Virus record (IMG/VR): IMGVR_UViG_3300008952_002242
Location: 62,001 to 126,000 of that record
Strand: one strand, 5' to 3'
DNA: 64,000 nucleotides
Source of the DNA: an uncultured virus (IMG/VR IMGVR_UViG_3300008952_002242)
Lineage: Duplodnaviria; Heunggongvirae; Uroviricota; Caudoviricetes
This document shows positions 8,735-18,498 of this stretch, one piece after another (position 1 is the stretch's first letter; every line of letters begins with the position of its first letter). Under the pieces are notes generated by a model. That model was given only the letters and a program-made list of their open reading frames with translations. It was not told the origin of the DNA and did no database searches. The position numbers and the translations under genes are program-made.

Positions 8735-9351
8735 TTTCTCTCACAACATTTTTTATATTTTTTACCACTACCACAATGACAAGGTTCATTTCTTCCAATT
8801 TTATTTTCGTTTCTAATAGTAGTATCGATTTTCCTATCGTGGATAGTCATTCCATTTAAATGATCAATTTCATGTTGAACACATATTGCTTCTAATAACC
8901 TTTGTTCTTGGTCATGATTCTTTCCTTCCTTTTCCCAAGTCCCCTTAGCTTCTGTAGAAGATTCAGTTCCACTAAAATACCATCCACTTTCTTCTTGTTC
9001 CGTCTTAACGATAATGTTTTTATATCGTTTAGTGTGGATTCCTTTTCCAGGATAACTTAAACATCCTTCATAATAATCAATCTCATCCCATTGTTCTTCG
9101 ATAACAGGATTGATTAAGATAATTGGCTCGCGGACATTAAGTACAGCAACACTAGCATTGATCCCAACTTGATTAGCAGCCAACCCAATGCCATCTTTCC
9201 TTTCCGTGAGTATGTTGAATAAATCTTTTGCGATATGTAATCCTTCATCTACTGATACCTCCCTCAGTTTCTTGTTTATAACTGGATTATTCTCTTTGAA
9301 ACAATTTATTATTTCATGTTGATGATATGAAAATCTAATCATCTCTTTCAT
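8731..9351 (-). CDS. def: Peptide deformylase with C-terminal SEC-C metal-binding motif
   Basis: [15 protein letters not shown] and QHEIDHL motifs; C-terminal [18 protein letters not shown]. Confidence 0.93.
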   Translation of the reverse strand: MKEMIRFSYHQHEIINCFKENNPVINKKLREVSVDEGLHIAKDLFNILTERKDGIGLAANQVGINASVAVLNVREPIILINPVIEEQWDEIDYYEGCLSYPGKGIHTKRYKNIIVKTEQEESGWYFSGTESSTEAKGTWEKEGKNHDQEQRLLEAICVQHEIDHLNGMTIHDRKIDTTIRNENKIGRNEPCHCGSGKKYKKCCERK

Positions 9352-9357
9352 ATGATT

Positions 9358-9386
9358 AACTTACATATAAAAAAGATAAATGTCAA
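9358..9386 (-). promoter_or_regulatory. sigma70-like promoter TTGACA-N17-TAAGTT for def
   Basis: Consensus -35 with a 17-nt spacer. Confidence 0.55.
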
Positions 9387-9565
9387 GTAATTTTTGGATC
9401 TAATTTCCTTACACAATGTTTTGGTATATTATGAAATACCTTTCCATCCAACTCAACAGCATAACTCATAGCTGTCTCATGCAAAATAGTAACTATTTGT
9501 GTTTTATGTATGACACCATCAGGACGAGCAATTTCCTTTTCAACAATACCCTTCTCTTGTTTCAT
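9383..9565 (-). CDS. Hypothetical protein
   Basis: 60-aa ORF, ATGA overlap. Confidence 0.5.
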   Translation of the reverse strand: MKQEKGIVEKEIARPDGVIHKTQIVTILHETAMSYAVELDGKVFHNIPKHCVRKLDPKIT

Positions 9566-9765
9566 TCTAATACCTTTACTTTATTTTGTTCAATTGTATA
9601 AAATTTACCCATTTTAGATTCAACTCTATATTTTTTATTTGTTTCATCATCCGAATGTAAATATACAATTTCATCTTTATATAGAGCTCCATCTGAAGTA
9701 AAATGATCTTTTAATAAAATTAGTTTTTTTCTCTTCATCAAAAATTCTTCCCAGATGGAAACCAT
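9562..9765 (-). CDS. Hypothetical protein
   Basis: ORF track; start probably the ATG near 9738. Confidence 0.5.
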   Translation of the reverse strand: MVSIWEEFLMKRKKLILLKDHFTSDGALYKDEIVYLHSDDETNKKYRVESKMGKFYTIEQNKVKVLE

Positions 9766-10274
9766 CCATTAAATGATAAAAAACAATTTGGGCATAATAA
9801 TCTCAAATTTGACATATCATAATTATCCCTATCACCATCAGCAAAATCCAAACGCAAATAAACATGATCTTTACCCAACACCATCTCATTATAAGCACAA
9901 GAAGTACATTCTTCTTCAACCCACTTTTCTCCTATCAGCCTATTTTTCAAATACTTTGAGCTCAATCTATTCTTCCGATTTTTCTTTGCAAGTATCTCAT
10001 CCAAAGGTTTTCGATATTTACCATAACCTTTCTTTATACCAAATCCATGTGGATTTAAATTAGCTTCCCATAATCCATAAATCTTAGCATATTTTCTAAA
10101 AGTTAAATAATTTATACCCAACCATCGGGAAGCAGCTGAATTTGATTTTGTTTGTGATTGAGCATCCTCAATCATTTTTTTTGTTATGGCTAATTTCTTG
10201 CCCGGTATTCTAACTGGTTTTTCAAAACTACGACTTGACATATACTTTTTCCTGTGAAGGAAATTGTACTTCAA
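9738..10274 (-). CDS. HTH + HNH-like zinc-binding protein, probably catalytically degenerate
   Basis: N-terminal HTH-like AASRWLGINYLTFRKYA; CTSC…LDFADGDRDN…NLRLLCPNC. Confidence 0.65.
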   Translation of the reverse strand: MKYNFLHRKKYMSSRSFEKPVRIPGKKLAITKKMIEDAQSQTKSNSAASRWLGINYLTFRKYAKIYGLWEANLNPHGFGIKKGYGKYRKPLDEILAKKNRKNRLSSKYLKNRLIGEKWVEEECTSCAYNEMVLGKDHVYLRLDFADGDRDNYDMSNLRLLCPNCFLSFNGWFPSGKNF

Positions 10275-10446
10275 CTTGCTCTTTCAAATCAGTCGCAAAA
10301 TTATCACTACTTTTACGATATTGCTTATCTCGACTATTAGGAAATAATCTAAAAATAACACCAGTATTTATTTCTGAAAAGAAATCCTCTTCCCAATCAC
10401 TTCCCAGGGGTGGCGGATCATATCTATCTTGTGCTGGATCATTCAT
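10228..10446 (-). CDS. Hypothetical protein
   Basis: ORF in tight operon. Confidence 0.5.
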   Translation of the reverse strand: MNDPAQDRYDPPPLGSDWEEDFFSEINTGVIFRLFPNSRDKQYRKSSDNFATDLKEQVEVQFPSQEKVYVKS

Positions 10447-10628
10447 TGTCCCATCTCCTCTAATTGTCTCAATTTATTTGCAATATCCTGTAAATAAGGT
10501 GTTACTAATTCAGATGGATTAACGGCATCTTTACTGGTATTCCCACCAGATTTTTTATATAATGTTACATTCAACACATCATATATTCCATCAACAGCTT
10601 TTCTGATTTTATCTAATTGTTCTTTCAT
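10443..10628 (-). CDS. Hypothetical protein
   Basis: ORF with ATGA overlaps. Confidence 0.5.
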   Translation of the reverse strand: MKEQLDKIRKAVDGIYDVLNVTLYKKSGGNTSKDAVNPSELVTPYLQDIANKLRQLEEMGQ

Positions 10629-10852
10629 TCTTTATTTTCTCCAAATTCAAACAATAATTGTTTTTTGTTTTCTTCCCTTTTTAATTCATCGGGTATCCCA
10701 TCAAACTCATCAACATATCTTGCCAAAAAATCCGATGTATCCGATTTTAATTTAAACAATTCTTCAAAGGCAAGTTTTCTTAAAAAAAACTTCTCTTCTT
10801 TGTCTACAATTGTCATCATTAAATTATTAATATATAAACCTAATTTGTCCAT
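10625..10852 (-). CDS. Hypothetical protein
   Basis: AGGAG RBS; ATATTTAT motif upstream. Confidence 0.6.
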   Translation of the reverse strand: MDKLGLYINNLMMTIVDKEEKFFLRKLAFEELFKLKSDTSDFLARYVDEFDGIPDELKREENKKQLLFEFGENKE

Positions 10853-10882
10853 TATAACTCCTATTACACTTATAAATATAAC

Positions 10883-12073
10883 CTATTCTACATAAACAAC
10901 ATAATCTTTTTCATATGTGTCTAACGACTTAATTTTAAATTTAAAAATATCATATTCCATTTCACCAATTTCTCCAGAATCTTTCAGCATTTCAGATAGA
11001 TTAGTTAAAATTTGAAATTTTTCATTAGTCAATTCTCTACAATCAAATTCTACCACAATATCATGATATTTTGTTAAATCAGCATTTCCATACAATTTTA
11101 TTTTTTCATCTATATCAAAATCACTATTAGGTTGTTCTTCTTTTTTATAATCATGCATATAATCTGAACCAGTATCTAAATATATCTTACTACACCACGG
11201 TTCTAATGCTCTCAATAACTCCATATTACAATTCATAGCTTTAAAACCAATGTCGTACTTTGGTGCAACAATTGGTAACATCAATGGTGTGTGTTTAACT
11301 TGTGTTCCCCACTTACGAATAAACTCCTTTGTTGAATTATTCATTAACTTTTGCCACTCTTCACTTTTTTGTGAATGTTCCTGAGTTATCTTACCATGTT
11401 GAAATTGTCCACCCCTACCAGTTAAATGATAAACCAAACTATTCCAGGGCTGTATGAACTCAAAACCAGCCAAATACAGTCTATTGAATACATCACTATC
11501 TTCTCTTGCCGAGCGAAACATATAATCATGACCACCTATCTTAAGGAACTCATCTTTGTACATCATCCAAGGTGCAAAGATACCATTAGTTATCTTATCA
11601 TCTTCCAAATGTTCAGTCACATACTCATCAAACTCAGTCTCTTTGAACTCCTCTGGCCACATCCCAAAATCTTCCAAAATCTTTTCTCCAGCATTTGGAT
11701 GAATTGGTGGCTCTATGCGAGTTGAACAAACCACAGTCTTTTTCTTCAGGTGGTTAAAAGCCTTTAAGTCCGCATATTTCCCTAACATCATATCTGCATG
11801 AAATATCATAAATATATCTGTGGTGGAATTCTCTACACAAAAATCATAAGCTCTACCTATTCCATATAACCCATCTGTATTATTTACTGAATAAGTAAAA
11901 TTATATTCATCTTTTACCGAATCCAGCCACTCTATAGTTCCATCATTATCTTCATCAACAAATACAATTATATCATGATCATCTCTATAAGCATTTTTCC
12001 TTATAGATGGAATACAAGTCTTTAAATACCGTAAGTTAGACTTACTCGGTATACAAAATGTTATCTTTTCCAT
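10883..12073 (-). CDS. Glycosyltransferase family 2
   Basis: ITFCIP start, HADM (DxD-like), AREDSD and VYHL motifs. Confidence 0.8.
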   Translation of the reverse strand: MEKITFCIPSKSNLRYLKTCIPSIRKNAYRDDHDIIVFVDEDNDGTIEWLDSVKDEYNFTYSVNNTDGLYGIGRAYDFCVENSTTDIFMIFHADMMLGKYADLKAFNHLKKKTVVCSTRIEPPIHPNAGEKILEDFGMWPEEFKETEFDEYVTEHLEDDKITNGIFAPWMMYKDEFLKIGGHDYMFRSAREDSDVFNRLYLAGFEFIQPWNSLVYHLTGRGGQFQHGKITQEHSQKSEEWQKLMNNSTKEFIRKWGTQVKHTPLMLPIVAPKYDIGFKAMNCNMELLRALEPWCSKIYLDTGSDYMHDYKKEEQPNSDFDIDEKIKLYGNADLTKYHDIVVEFDCRELTNEKFQILTNLSEMLKDSGEIGEMEYDIFKFKIKSLDTYEKDYVVYVE

Positions 12074-12746
12074 ACATAACCTCTCCTATTTCAAATTGCC
12101 ATTGATAGTCAATGTCAAATGTTTCTAACTCATCCATAACAAATAATTCTGGCTCTATAGGTGATTTAGTATCCATATAAAAATTGTCACCTACTATATC
12201 CATTCTACTAGCATATAGACAATGTGCCGCTTCAAATATCGGATCTATAAATTTACTGTTTAATCTTGTAGAACCTTTCCAATCAGTTATAGCTTTGCCA
12301 TCTTTATTCCAATAATAAGTTTTTTTCTCAAACACACCAAAACAACCTTCTTTATCGGATTCTATAAACTTAGTAAAAAAGTTATCAATTGTCTCTATCC
12401 TCAACAAAGGATTACATGCACTAACAATTATAAAATACTTATATGGCAATTCATCAAACCATTCAAATATTTCATAAAGAGGATCACCTTCCGATTTAGC
12501 AGATTTTTCTGAACGATGATATATGTTTAATTTATGTTTTCTGCCAATCTCTTCCAGCTCATCATCATACACCGAAAAATGAATATTACTTTTTGGTATA
12601 ACTTTAGATTTATTTAACTTCTCAAATAATATATCCAACAATGTAGAACCAGCAAATGGTTTAATCATCTTCTTTGGTATCCTTTGAGAACCTAATCTAG
12701 CTTGCACTATGACACAAACATCATTTATATTTTTCATAATACTCAT
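12042..12746 (-). CDS. Acylneuraminate/pseudaminate cytidylyltransferase (NeuA/PseF family)
   Basis: IVQARLGSQRIPKKMIKPF P-loop, CNPL and FDID. Confidence 0.88.
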   Translation of the reverse strand: MSIMKNINDVCVIVQARLGSQRIPKKMIKPFAGSTLLDILFEKLNKSKVIPKSNIHFSVYDDELEEIGRKHKLNIYHRSEKSAKSEGDPLYEIFEWFDELPYKYFIIVSACNPLLRIETIDNFFTKFIESDKEGCFGVFEKKTYYWNKDGKAITDWKGSTRLNSKFIDPIFEAAHCLYASRMDIVGDNFYMDTKSPIEPELFVMDELETFDIDYQWQFEIGEVMYGKDNILYTE

Positions 12747-13254
12747 CTCTTAACATGCTAAGTATGTGTGAATCCCAATAGCGGCCTTCATTAAAATAAT
12801 TTTGCCTCATCTTACCCTCATAAACAAAACCAACATGCTTATACATTTCCAATGCCTCATTATTATCATAAACCTCACACCAAATTTTATTTAAGTTTAA
12901 ATCATTAAATCCATAACCAATCAATGCTCGTAAAGTATCAGAACCATATCCACCACCACGAAAATCATCGTCACCAATATAAATGCCGAATTCAGCGTAA
13001 CTATGTAACCACTCTATATAATATAAACCACAATGTCCAATCAGCTTGCCAGTTTCATTATCATGAATTTCAAAATCAACTTGCTCATTGTTATTCAAAA
13101 CTCTATTTTCATACCACTTAGATTGATTTTCTTTTGCTATCTCTTTGTACTCTCTAAAGTATTTTCTAAGTTCTGGTAAATTTCTCCATTGTCTTAATTG
13201 CTCAAGATTCTCTCTTTCAAGTGATGAGAGATATACTTTCTTTCCTCTAACCAT
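12721..13254 (-). CDS. pseH: GNAT N-acetyltransferase, PseH-like
   Basis: LRQWRN, AEFGIYIG, RGGGYG and YKHVGFVYEG (RimJ/RimL-type GNAT) in a pse context. Confidence 0.75.
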   Translation of the reverse strand: MVRGKKVYLSSLERENLEQLRQWRNLPELRKYFREYKEIAKENQSKWYENRVLNNNEQVDFEIHDNETGKLIGHCGLYYIEWLHSYAEFGIYIGDDDFRGGGYGSDTLRALIGYGFNDLNLNKIWCEVYDNNEALEMYKHVGFVYEGKMRQNYFNEGRYWDSHILSMLRDEYYEKYK

Positions 13255-14317
13255 AATAAATCATATCCTTTAATATTATTTCATCTTCTTTGACATCAAC
13301 ATTAATTTGTTTTCCGATTATGTCAAAATATTTCGTTGCCGAAATTGAATTTTTAAGTAAAGGTCTTTTAGTAGTTATATTTTCTTCCGTTAATACACTA
13401 CCCATAAGAATATCCCTTTTAGCCACAACAGATCTTCTAGCCATACTAAAATCCTCTTCACTATCCGTATACTTTGTTTTTTTCTCACCCATCGATGATT
13501 CAACTAATCTGATATTCCTAACCATCTCTTTTAATTCATTTGGCTCTATAGCAAAAGAATGGTCTGGACCTGATAAACTTCTATCTAAAGTAAAATGTTT
13601 TTCAATAACTTCTGCACCCATAGATACAGCAATAGGTGGTATCAATATACCCTCAGTATGATCAGACAAACCAATTTTGGTATTAGCAAACCACTTATGA
13701 TAATCACAATAAGATTTCATAGATTTCATTTGTCCAAGATTTATATCTTCCATTGGTGTAGGATAAGCGTTATTACAATGTAAGTAAGTTATATCTGGAT
13801 TATCACTAAAATCATAAGTACCTAAATGCACTTCCAACACCTCATCCAAATCTAATATCCACCTTTGAATTTTAAATAAAGTATCTACATTAGTTCCGAT
13901 ACCCAATGAAATAATAAGTGGTAATTTTGTAGATGCAACATATTTTACAAATCTTGGATCAGTGCATTCAAATCCAGCTATCTTAAATCTTTTCACCCCC
14001 AACTCAAACAATTCATCTACAGCTTTCTCATCAAATGGTGTTGACATAAATTCAATTCCACTATCGTCACATTTAGACTTTAACACTTTATGCCAATCCC
14101 TTGGCATCTCTATATCTTTTATTAATTTAGTAATATTTTCATATCCAGCAAAATCAGGAGTATATTTAGAATATAATGTTTCCGAAGAATAAGTCTGAAA
14201 CTTTACAGCATCAACCTTTGCATCAACAGCCACATCTATAAGTCTCATGGCCTGAACCAAATCTCTGTTATGATTAGCACCAACATCTGCTACAATAAAT
14301 GTTCTATCCATTAACAA
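13247..14317 (-). CDS. Nonulosonic acid synthase (NeuB/PseI family) with SAF domain
   Basis: GANHNRD, AVKFQTY, MSTPFD, GLSDHT, IEKHFTLD, GPDHSFA and RRS…KRP. Confidence 0.93.
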   Translation of the reverse strand: MLMDRTFIVADVGANHNRDLVQAMRLIDVAVDAKVDAVKFQTYSSETLYSKYTPDFAGYENITKLIKDIEMPRDWHKVLKSKCDDSGIEFMSTPFDEKAVDELFELGVKRFKIAGFECTDPRFVKYVASTKLPLIISLGIGTNVDTLFKIQRWILDLDEVLEVHLGTYDFSDNPDITYLHCNNAYPTPMEDINLGQMKSMKSYCDYHKWFANTKIGLSDHTEGILIPPIAVSMGAEVIEKHFTLDRSLSGPDHSFAIEPNELKEMVRNIRLVESSMGEKKTKYTDSEEDFSMARRSVVAKRDILMGSVLTEENITTKRPLLKNSISATKYFDIIGKQINVDVKEDEIILKDMIYYG

Positions 14318-15374
14318 CCTCTATTATTTTATCTAAATCATCTTTAGTTAAATTTTGATGAATTGGTAAATTTATTATTCTATCATATAAACTTTCAGTA
14401 TTAGATAATTGTTGTTTACCTCCCCAAAATTTTGTTTTATGTAAAAATGGATAAGCAAAATCAGCGGCACACCCATTATCTCGCAATCTCTTTCTCAAAT
14501 CCTTTGAGCTAATTTGAAGAATTAAAGTTCCCAAATAATAAGAAGATTTTTCATCATGTTTTGTAAAAAAACCAACCCCCACTTTAATATTTTTCTTTAA
14601 ATAATTCAAGTTCTTTTTTCTAATTTTTATATTTTCAAAACAAGTATCAAGTTGTGATATACCCAATGTAGCATTTAAATTATCCATATAAAATTTAAAT
14701 CCATTATCTACTATATTATATGAATCACCGACATTCTCTCTGCCAAAATTTCTATACTTAGAAATATAATCATAAGCACCCATATCATCAGTTGACAACA
14801 TCCCACCACTACTCATAGACAATGGTTTTACTGGATGGAATGAAAAAAATATGTAATCTGATTCTATCGTTGGTTCAATACAATGAGCAGAATCCACTAC
14901 TATTATATCACCCCAATTAGTATCCCTAACTCTTTTAATCAAACCATCTATATTACTTACACCACCATACAATACAGGCATAAAGACAGATTTATTAAAT
15001 GTACTATTAAATTGTCTCTCCAAATGCCACTTTCTAACATTCCAATAAGATTCATAATCAACTAACAAATTATCATCAACATCAATAAAATATACATTAT
15101 GATTATTCTTTTTAGCAGCCCATGCAGGTGAAGTAAAACCTATTGATGGTGTATATACATCACAAGAACCATACTTATCATATAGATAAGCAAACAAACA
15201 ATAAGACGCAGATGATGCTGAATTTAAACCTATGTTATATTTTTTATTAGAATATTCAGAAAATCTCTCTTCAAAAACATTTACATTTGAACCGAAGGCA
15301 ATATTTCCTTCAGCTAATACATCAGTTACAGATTGTATATCTTTATTAGTTATGGTAGGTTGGAATGCTTTCAT
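14304..15374 (-). CDS. pseC: PLP-dependent DegT/DnrJ aminotransferase, PseC-like
   Basis: VDSAH and SFHPVK (PLP lysine) motifs; INLPIH. Confidence 0.8.
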   Translation of the reverse strand: MKAFQPTITNKDIQSVTDVLAEGNIAFGSNVNVFEERFSEYSNKKYNIGLNSASSASYCLFAYLYDKYGSCDVYTPSIGFTSPAWAAKKNNHNVYFIDVDDNLLVDYESYWNVRKWHLERQFNSTFNKSVFMPVLYGGVSNIDGLIKRVRDTNWGDIIVVDSAHCIEPTIESDYIFFSFHPVKPLSMSSGGMLSTDDMGAYDYISKYRNFGRENVGDSYNIVDNGFKFYMDNLNATLGISQLDTCFENIKIRKKNLNYLKKNIKVGVGFFTKHDEKSSYYLGTLILQISSKDLRKRLRDNGCAADFAYPFLHKTKFWGGKQQLSNTESLYDRIINLPIHQNLTKDDLDKIIEVVNG

Positions 15375-15377
15375 AAT

Positions 15378-16727
15378 TTACCCATGGAAAAAGTTCATTG
15401 AATAATATAGTTTTCTTTCATATATCTCTGGTTTTCTAGAAAATTGTATATGAGAACCTATCTCAGCATTATTCCAATGTGCATAGTTAGGCCCCCTTAA
15501 AATTCTATATAGTAATTTTGAATCAACTTTATATGTAACATACTTTTCATCATCAAAATCACTTTTATCTAATAAATCGTAACCACTACCATCCGCAGAT
15601 ATTTTTAACATTTTATTGTTTGGAAGGTAAAGATATATATTTGTATCAGTAGAAAAACTAAGTTCTTTTCTTTTTTGGTCATATCTTTTGTAAGCTTTAG
15701 GAATCAATTCCATTATCTGACCAACTTCTGGCTCTTCATCATATTCGTAATCATATTTGTCATGTATCAAAATCTCTTCGCAATATTTAATCTGTTCCTC
15801 TCTATCAATTGGAACATATTCTGATGAAGTCTTTTTTGTGTCTAAATCAAAATAACTTAGTGGATTTAATAAAAAACCAAAAGAATCATCACACCTATTT
15901 TTATAAAAATTCAAAGCATCATCCAATGTAGGAACAACTCTAAATCTCTCCAACTTTGCGAACTTACCACCTAAAACATAAGTCCCAGCAAAAGGCATAT
16001 AATATTTTGGTTTGGTGTGATTTATATAGTCTAACCCCATATTTAAAAAATGATTCTTTTTATCCATTCCATATTTATTTAACTTATCATCATCACTATA
16101 ATGCCAACATTGTGGATATGAACCAGCACCAGCATATCCAACTAAAAGTAAATCTATTTTATTAAATTGATTTACCACCCTATCCAAACACAACTTAGAT
16201 AACTCATATGGACAATCATTAACATTCAAAATATAATTTTCACCATTCTCTATCACAGCCATTGTATCTATTCCAGTGGATCCCCCATCAATACTTTTAG
16301 ATTTACCACAACCAAAAAAATTAAAACAAACTTCTGGATTACAATCATCAGCCGCAAAAATATGTACATTTAAATCATCTCCACAATGAAACTTTTCTCC
16401 ATGCTTTAATTCAATTACTTTTCTACCCCACCTTTCCAAATTACTTTTAACGAATTGTTCATCATATTCATGAATCAAAACAGGTATATCTTTATTTATT
16501 TTATCCAAAGTTGTTTTACTCATATGGTCTGGATGAATATGTGATATGTAGATGTAATCAACATCATCAAACATACTGTAATCAATATCTAATTTCTCTC
16601 CAATGATCGGATCACCGGCATTCCAAGAACCATAATACTCTTTACCCTCTAACCAAGGGTCACATAAAATTTTGGTATTTTTATGTTCTATTAAAACTGT
16701 TGCTGAAAGTAAATGTGTTAACTTCAT
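15378..16727 (-). CDS. MBL-fold protein resembling CMP-Neu5Ac hydroxylase (no Rieske domain)
   Basis: CDPWL, YISHIHPDH (HxHxDH), IDT…ILNVNDC, YAGAGSYP and PFAG motifs. Confidence 0.75.
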   Translation of the reverse strand: MKLTHLLSATVLIEHKNTKILCDPWLEGKEYYGSWNAGDPIIGEKLDIDYSMFDDVDYIYISHIHPDHMSKTTLDKINKDIPVLIHEYDEQFVKSNLERWGRKVIELKHGEKFHCGDDLNVHIFAADDCNPEVCFNFFGCGKSKSIDGGSTGIDTMAVIENGENYILNVNDCPYELSKLCLDRVVNQFNKIDLLLVGYAGAGSYPQCWHYSDDDKLNKYGMDKKNHFLNMGLDYINHTKPKYYMPFAGTYVLGGKFAKLERFRVVPTLDDALNFYKNRCDDSFGFLLNPLSYFDLDTKKTSSEYVPIDREEQIKYCEEILIHDKYDYEYDEEPEVGQIMELIPKAYKRYDQKRKELSFSTDTNIYLYLPNNKMLKISADGSGYDLLDKSDFDDEKYVTYKVDSKLLYRILRGPNYAHWNNAEIGSHIQFSRKPEIYERKLYYSMNFFHG

Positions 16728-17701
16728 TCTAATCCTCTTCTTATTATTGTCACCAATTCATCTACATTATCATTCGTATGTAATGATGAATTAAATTCTA
16801 ATCCTTCGTATTTTTTATCGTAATTATGTTTCTTATGAGTATATTGTGGCAAAACACACAATAGTTTATCCGATGGTTGCATTGTAAATTCTAGCTCTGT
16901 TTTGCACAACATATCCTCATGAAATTTTTCGCCCGGTCTCATTCCAATTATATCATATTCAATTGAATCCAATTTAGATATTTTTTTTATCGCTTCGATA
17001 ACAATTTCCATTTTAAATGAATTTATCTTTGGAATAAACACTTCCCCACCTTGAGCAAAGTATAATGAACTTAACACAGTATCGACTGCATCACTTAAAG
17101 TAAACAAAAACCTTGTGCAATCCATTGATGTAACTTTTATCTTTTTATTCTGAGATATTAAATTCATCCATCCTGGTATAAATGAACCTCTACTAGCAAT
17201 AACATTTCCATATCTTACTGAAGCAAATATCGTATAATCTGAATTATAATCATAATTAGTAAATATTCTCTCTGCTATAAATTTACTAGAACCATATACA
17301 TTTACAGGTTGACAAGCCTTATCTGTTGAAATTATAATACATTTTTTCACTTCATTGTTCTGTGATGCTATAGCTACATTTTCTGAGCCTAGAATATTTG
17401 TCTTAACACATTCTTCTGGATTAAACTCCATATCATCAACTCTTTTTAATGCTCCAGTATGAATAACATAATCAGGTTTGTGTCTTTTCATTGTAACATT
17501 AAGTTTAGCTAAATCTCTAATATCACCAATCACTCTAATAATGCTTGAATCATTACCAAATAATAATGCTTGTTTTGCTTCATCTCTACTATAAACTATT
17601 AACTGGCAATCAACTTCTTTTAATCTTTTTATAAGAGCTTTACCAAGTGAACCAGTACCACCAGTTATCAATATTTTTTTATCTTTATAAAAATCAATCA
17701 T
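16724..17701 (-). CDS. pseB: UDP-GlcNAc 4,6-dehydratase (PseB/FlaA1-like)
   Basis: ITGGTGSLG, YSRDEAKQ, STDKACQPVNVYGSSK, RYGNVIASRGS and RPGEKFHE. Confidence 0.88.
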   Translation of the reverse strand: MIDFYKDKKILITGGTGSLGKALIKRLKEVDCQLIVYSRDEAKQALLFGNDSSIIRVIGDIRDLAKLNVTMKRHKPDYVIHTGALKRVDDMEFNPEECVKTNILGSENVAIASQNNEVKKCIIISTDKACQPVNVYGSSKFIAERIFTNYDYNSDYTIFASVRYGNVIASRGSFIPGWMNLISQNKKIKVTSMDCTRFLFTLSDAVDTVLSSLYFAQGGEVFIPKINSFKMEIVIEAIKKISKLDSIEYDIIGMRPGEKFHEDMLCKTELEFTMQPSDKLLCVLPQYTHKKHNYDKKYEGLEFNSSLHTNDNVDELVTIIRRGLE

Positions 17702-17709
17702 AACTTCTC

Positions 17710-18498
17710 CTATTCTTTTACAAATATTAATTCAAGTGCATAATATTTAAATTTTTCTCTTGGCATAACCCTCATTTTATACCCCGTAGATTTTAATCTA
17801 TTAATTAGTTTTCTTAATTTTTGATAATAATCAAAAAATTCTTCTACACAAGCACTATTGGGTCTTTCAAATTCTGCAATAATTTGGTTAGGATAAATTT
17901 CATTATCTAACATATCATTTAATATGGGTGGAGCAGCACCTTCTATATCCATTTTTAATACATCAATATGATTATGGTTATTACTATCCATCAATGAACT
18001 CAATTGTTCACAAGAGGATTCAAACACTTTACCTCTATGTTTTAAAAACATTGAAGGTGAACCACCATACAAAGGAGAAGAAAATCTCATAGTTGTTTTT
18101 TCAATCCAAACCGCTACCTCACGAAAAATGAATTTTGGATTATTTATTTTTTTAATATGTTCAGTAGCAATAATTGAAGGATCAAACATAAAAATATTAC
18201 AACCATACTCATCACTCACTTTCTGGTCAAAATTTGTGTCATTTAACACTCCAAGAGAATAAACAATAGAATCATTAGATAAAGAATATTTGTTAGATAA
18301 ATAATAATTTCCAACTTTATAAAATTCATCTTTCTCAATAATAGGAAGAGTCTGTTCATACCGTTTAGCAATCTGTCGCTCAGGATTAAAAAAGGTTAAT
18401 AAATTAGAATGAATAATATGTCGAATAAAACGATTATAAATTTGATGGTTTATGTAATAAACAATACCTGTTCCCCCATCATGTATGTTGTACTTCAT
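17710..18498 (-). CDS. FkbM-like SAM-dependent methyltransferase
   Basis: IVYSLGV…FD…FDP and IDVLKMDIEG. Confidence 0.8.
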   Translation of the reverse strand: MKYNIHDGGTGIVYYINHQIYNRFIRHIIHSNLLTFFNPERQIAKRYEQTLPIIEKDEFYKVGNYYLSNKYSLSNDSIVYSLGVLNDTNFDQKVSDEYGCNIFMFDPSIIATEHIKKINNPKFIFREVAVWIEKTTMRFSSPLYGGSPSMFLKHRGKVFESSCEQLSSLMDSNNHNHIDVLKMDIEGAAPPILNDMLDNEIYPNQIIAEFERPNSACVEEFFDYYQKLRKLINRLKSTGYKMRVMPREKFKYYALELIFVKE

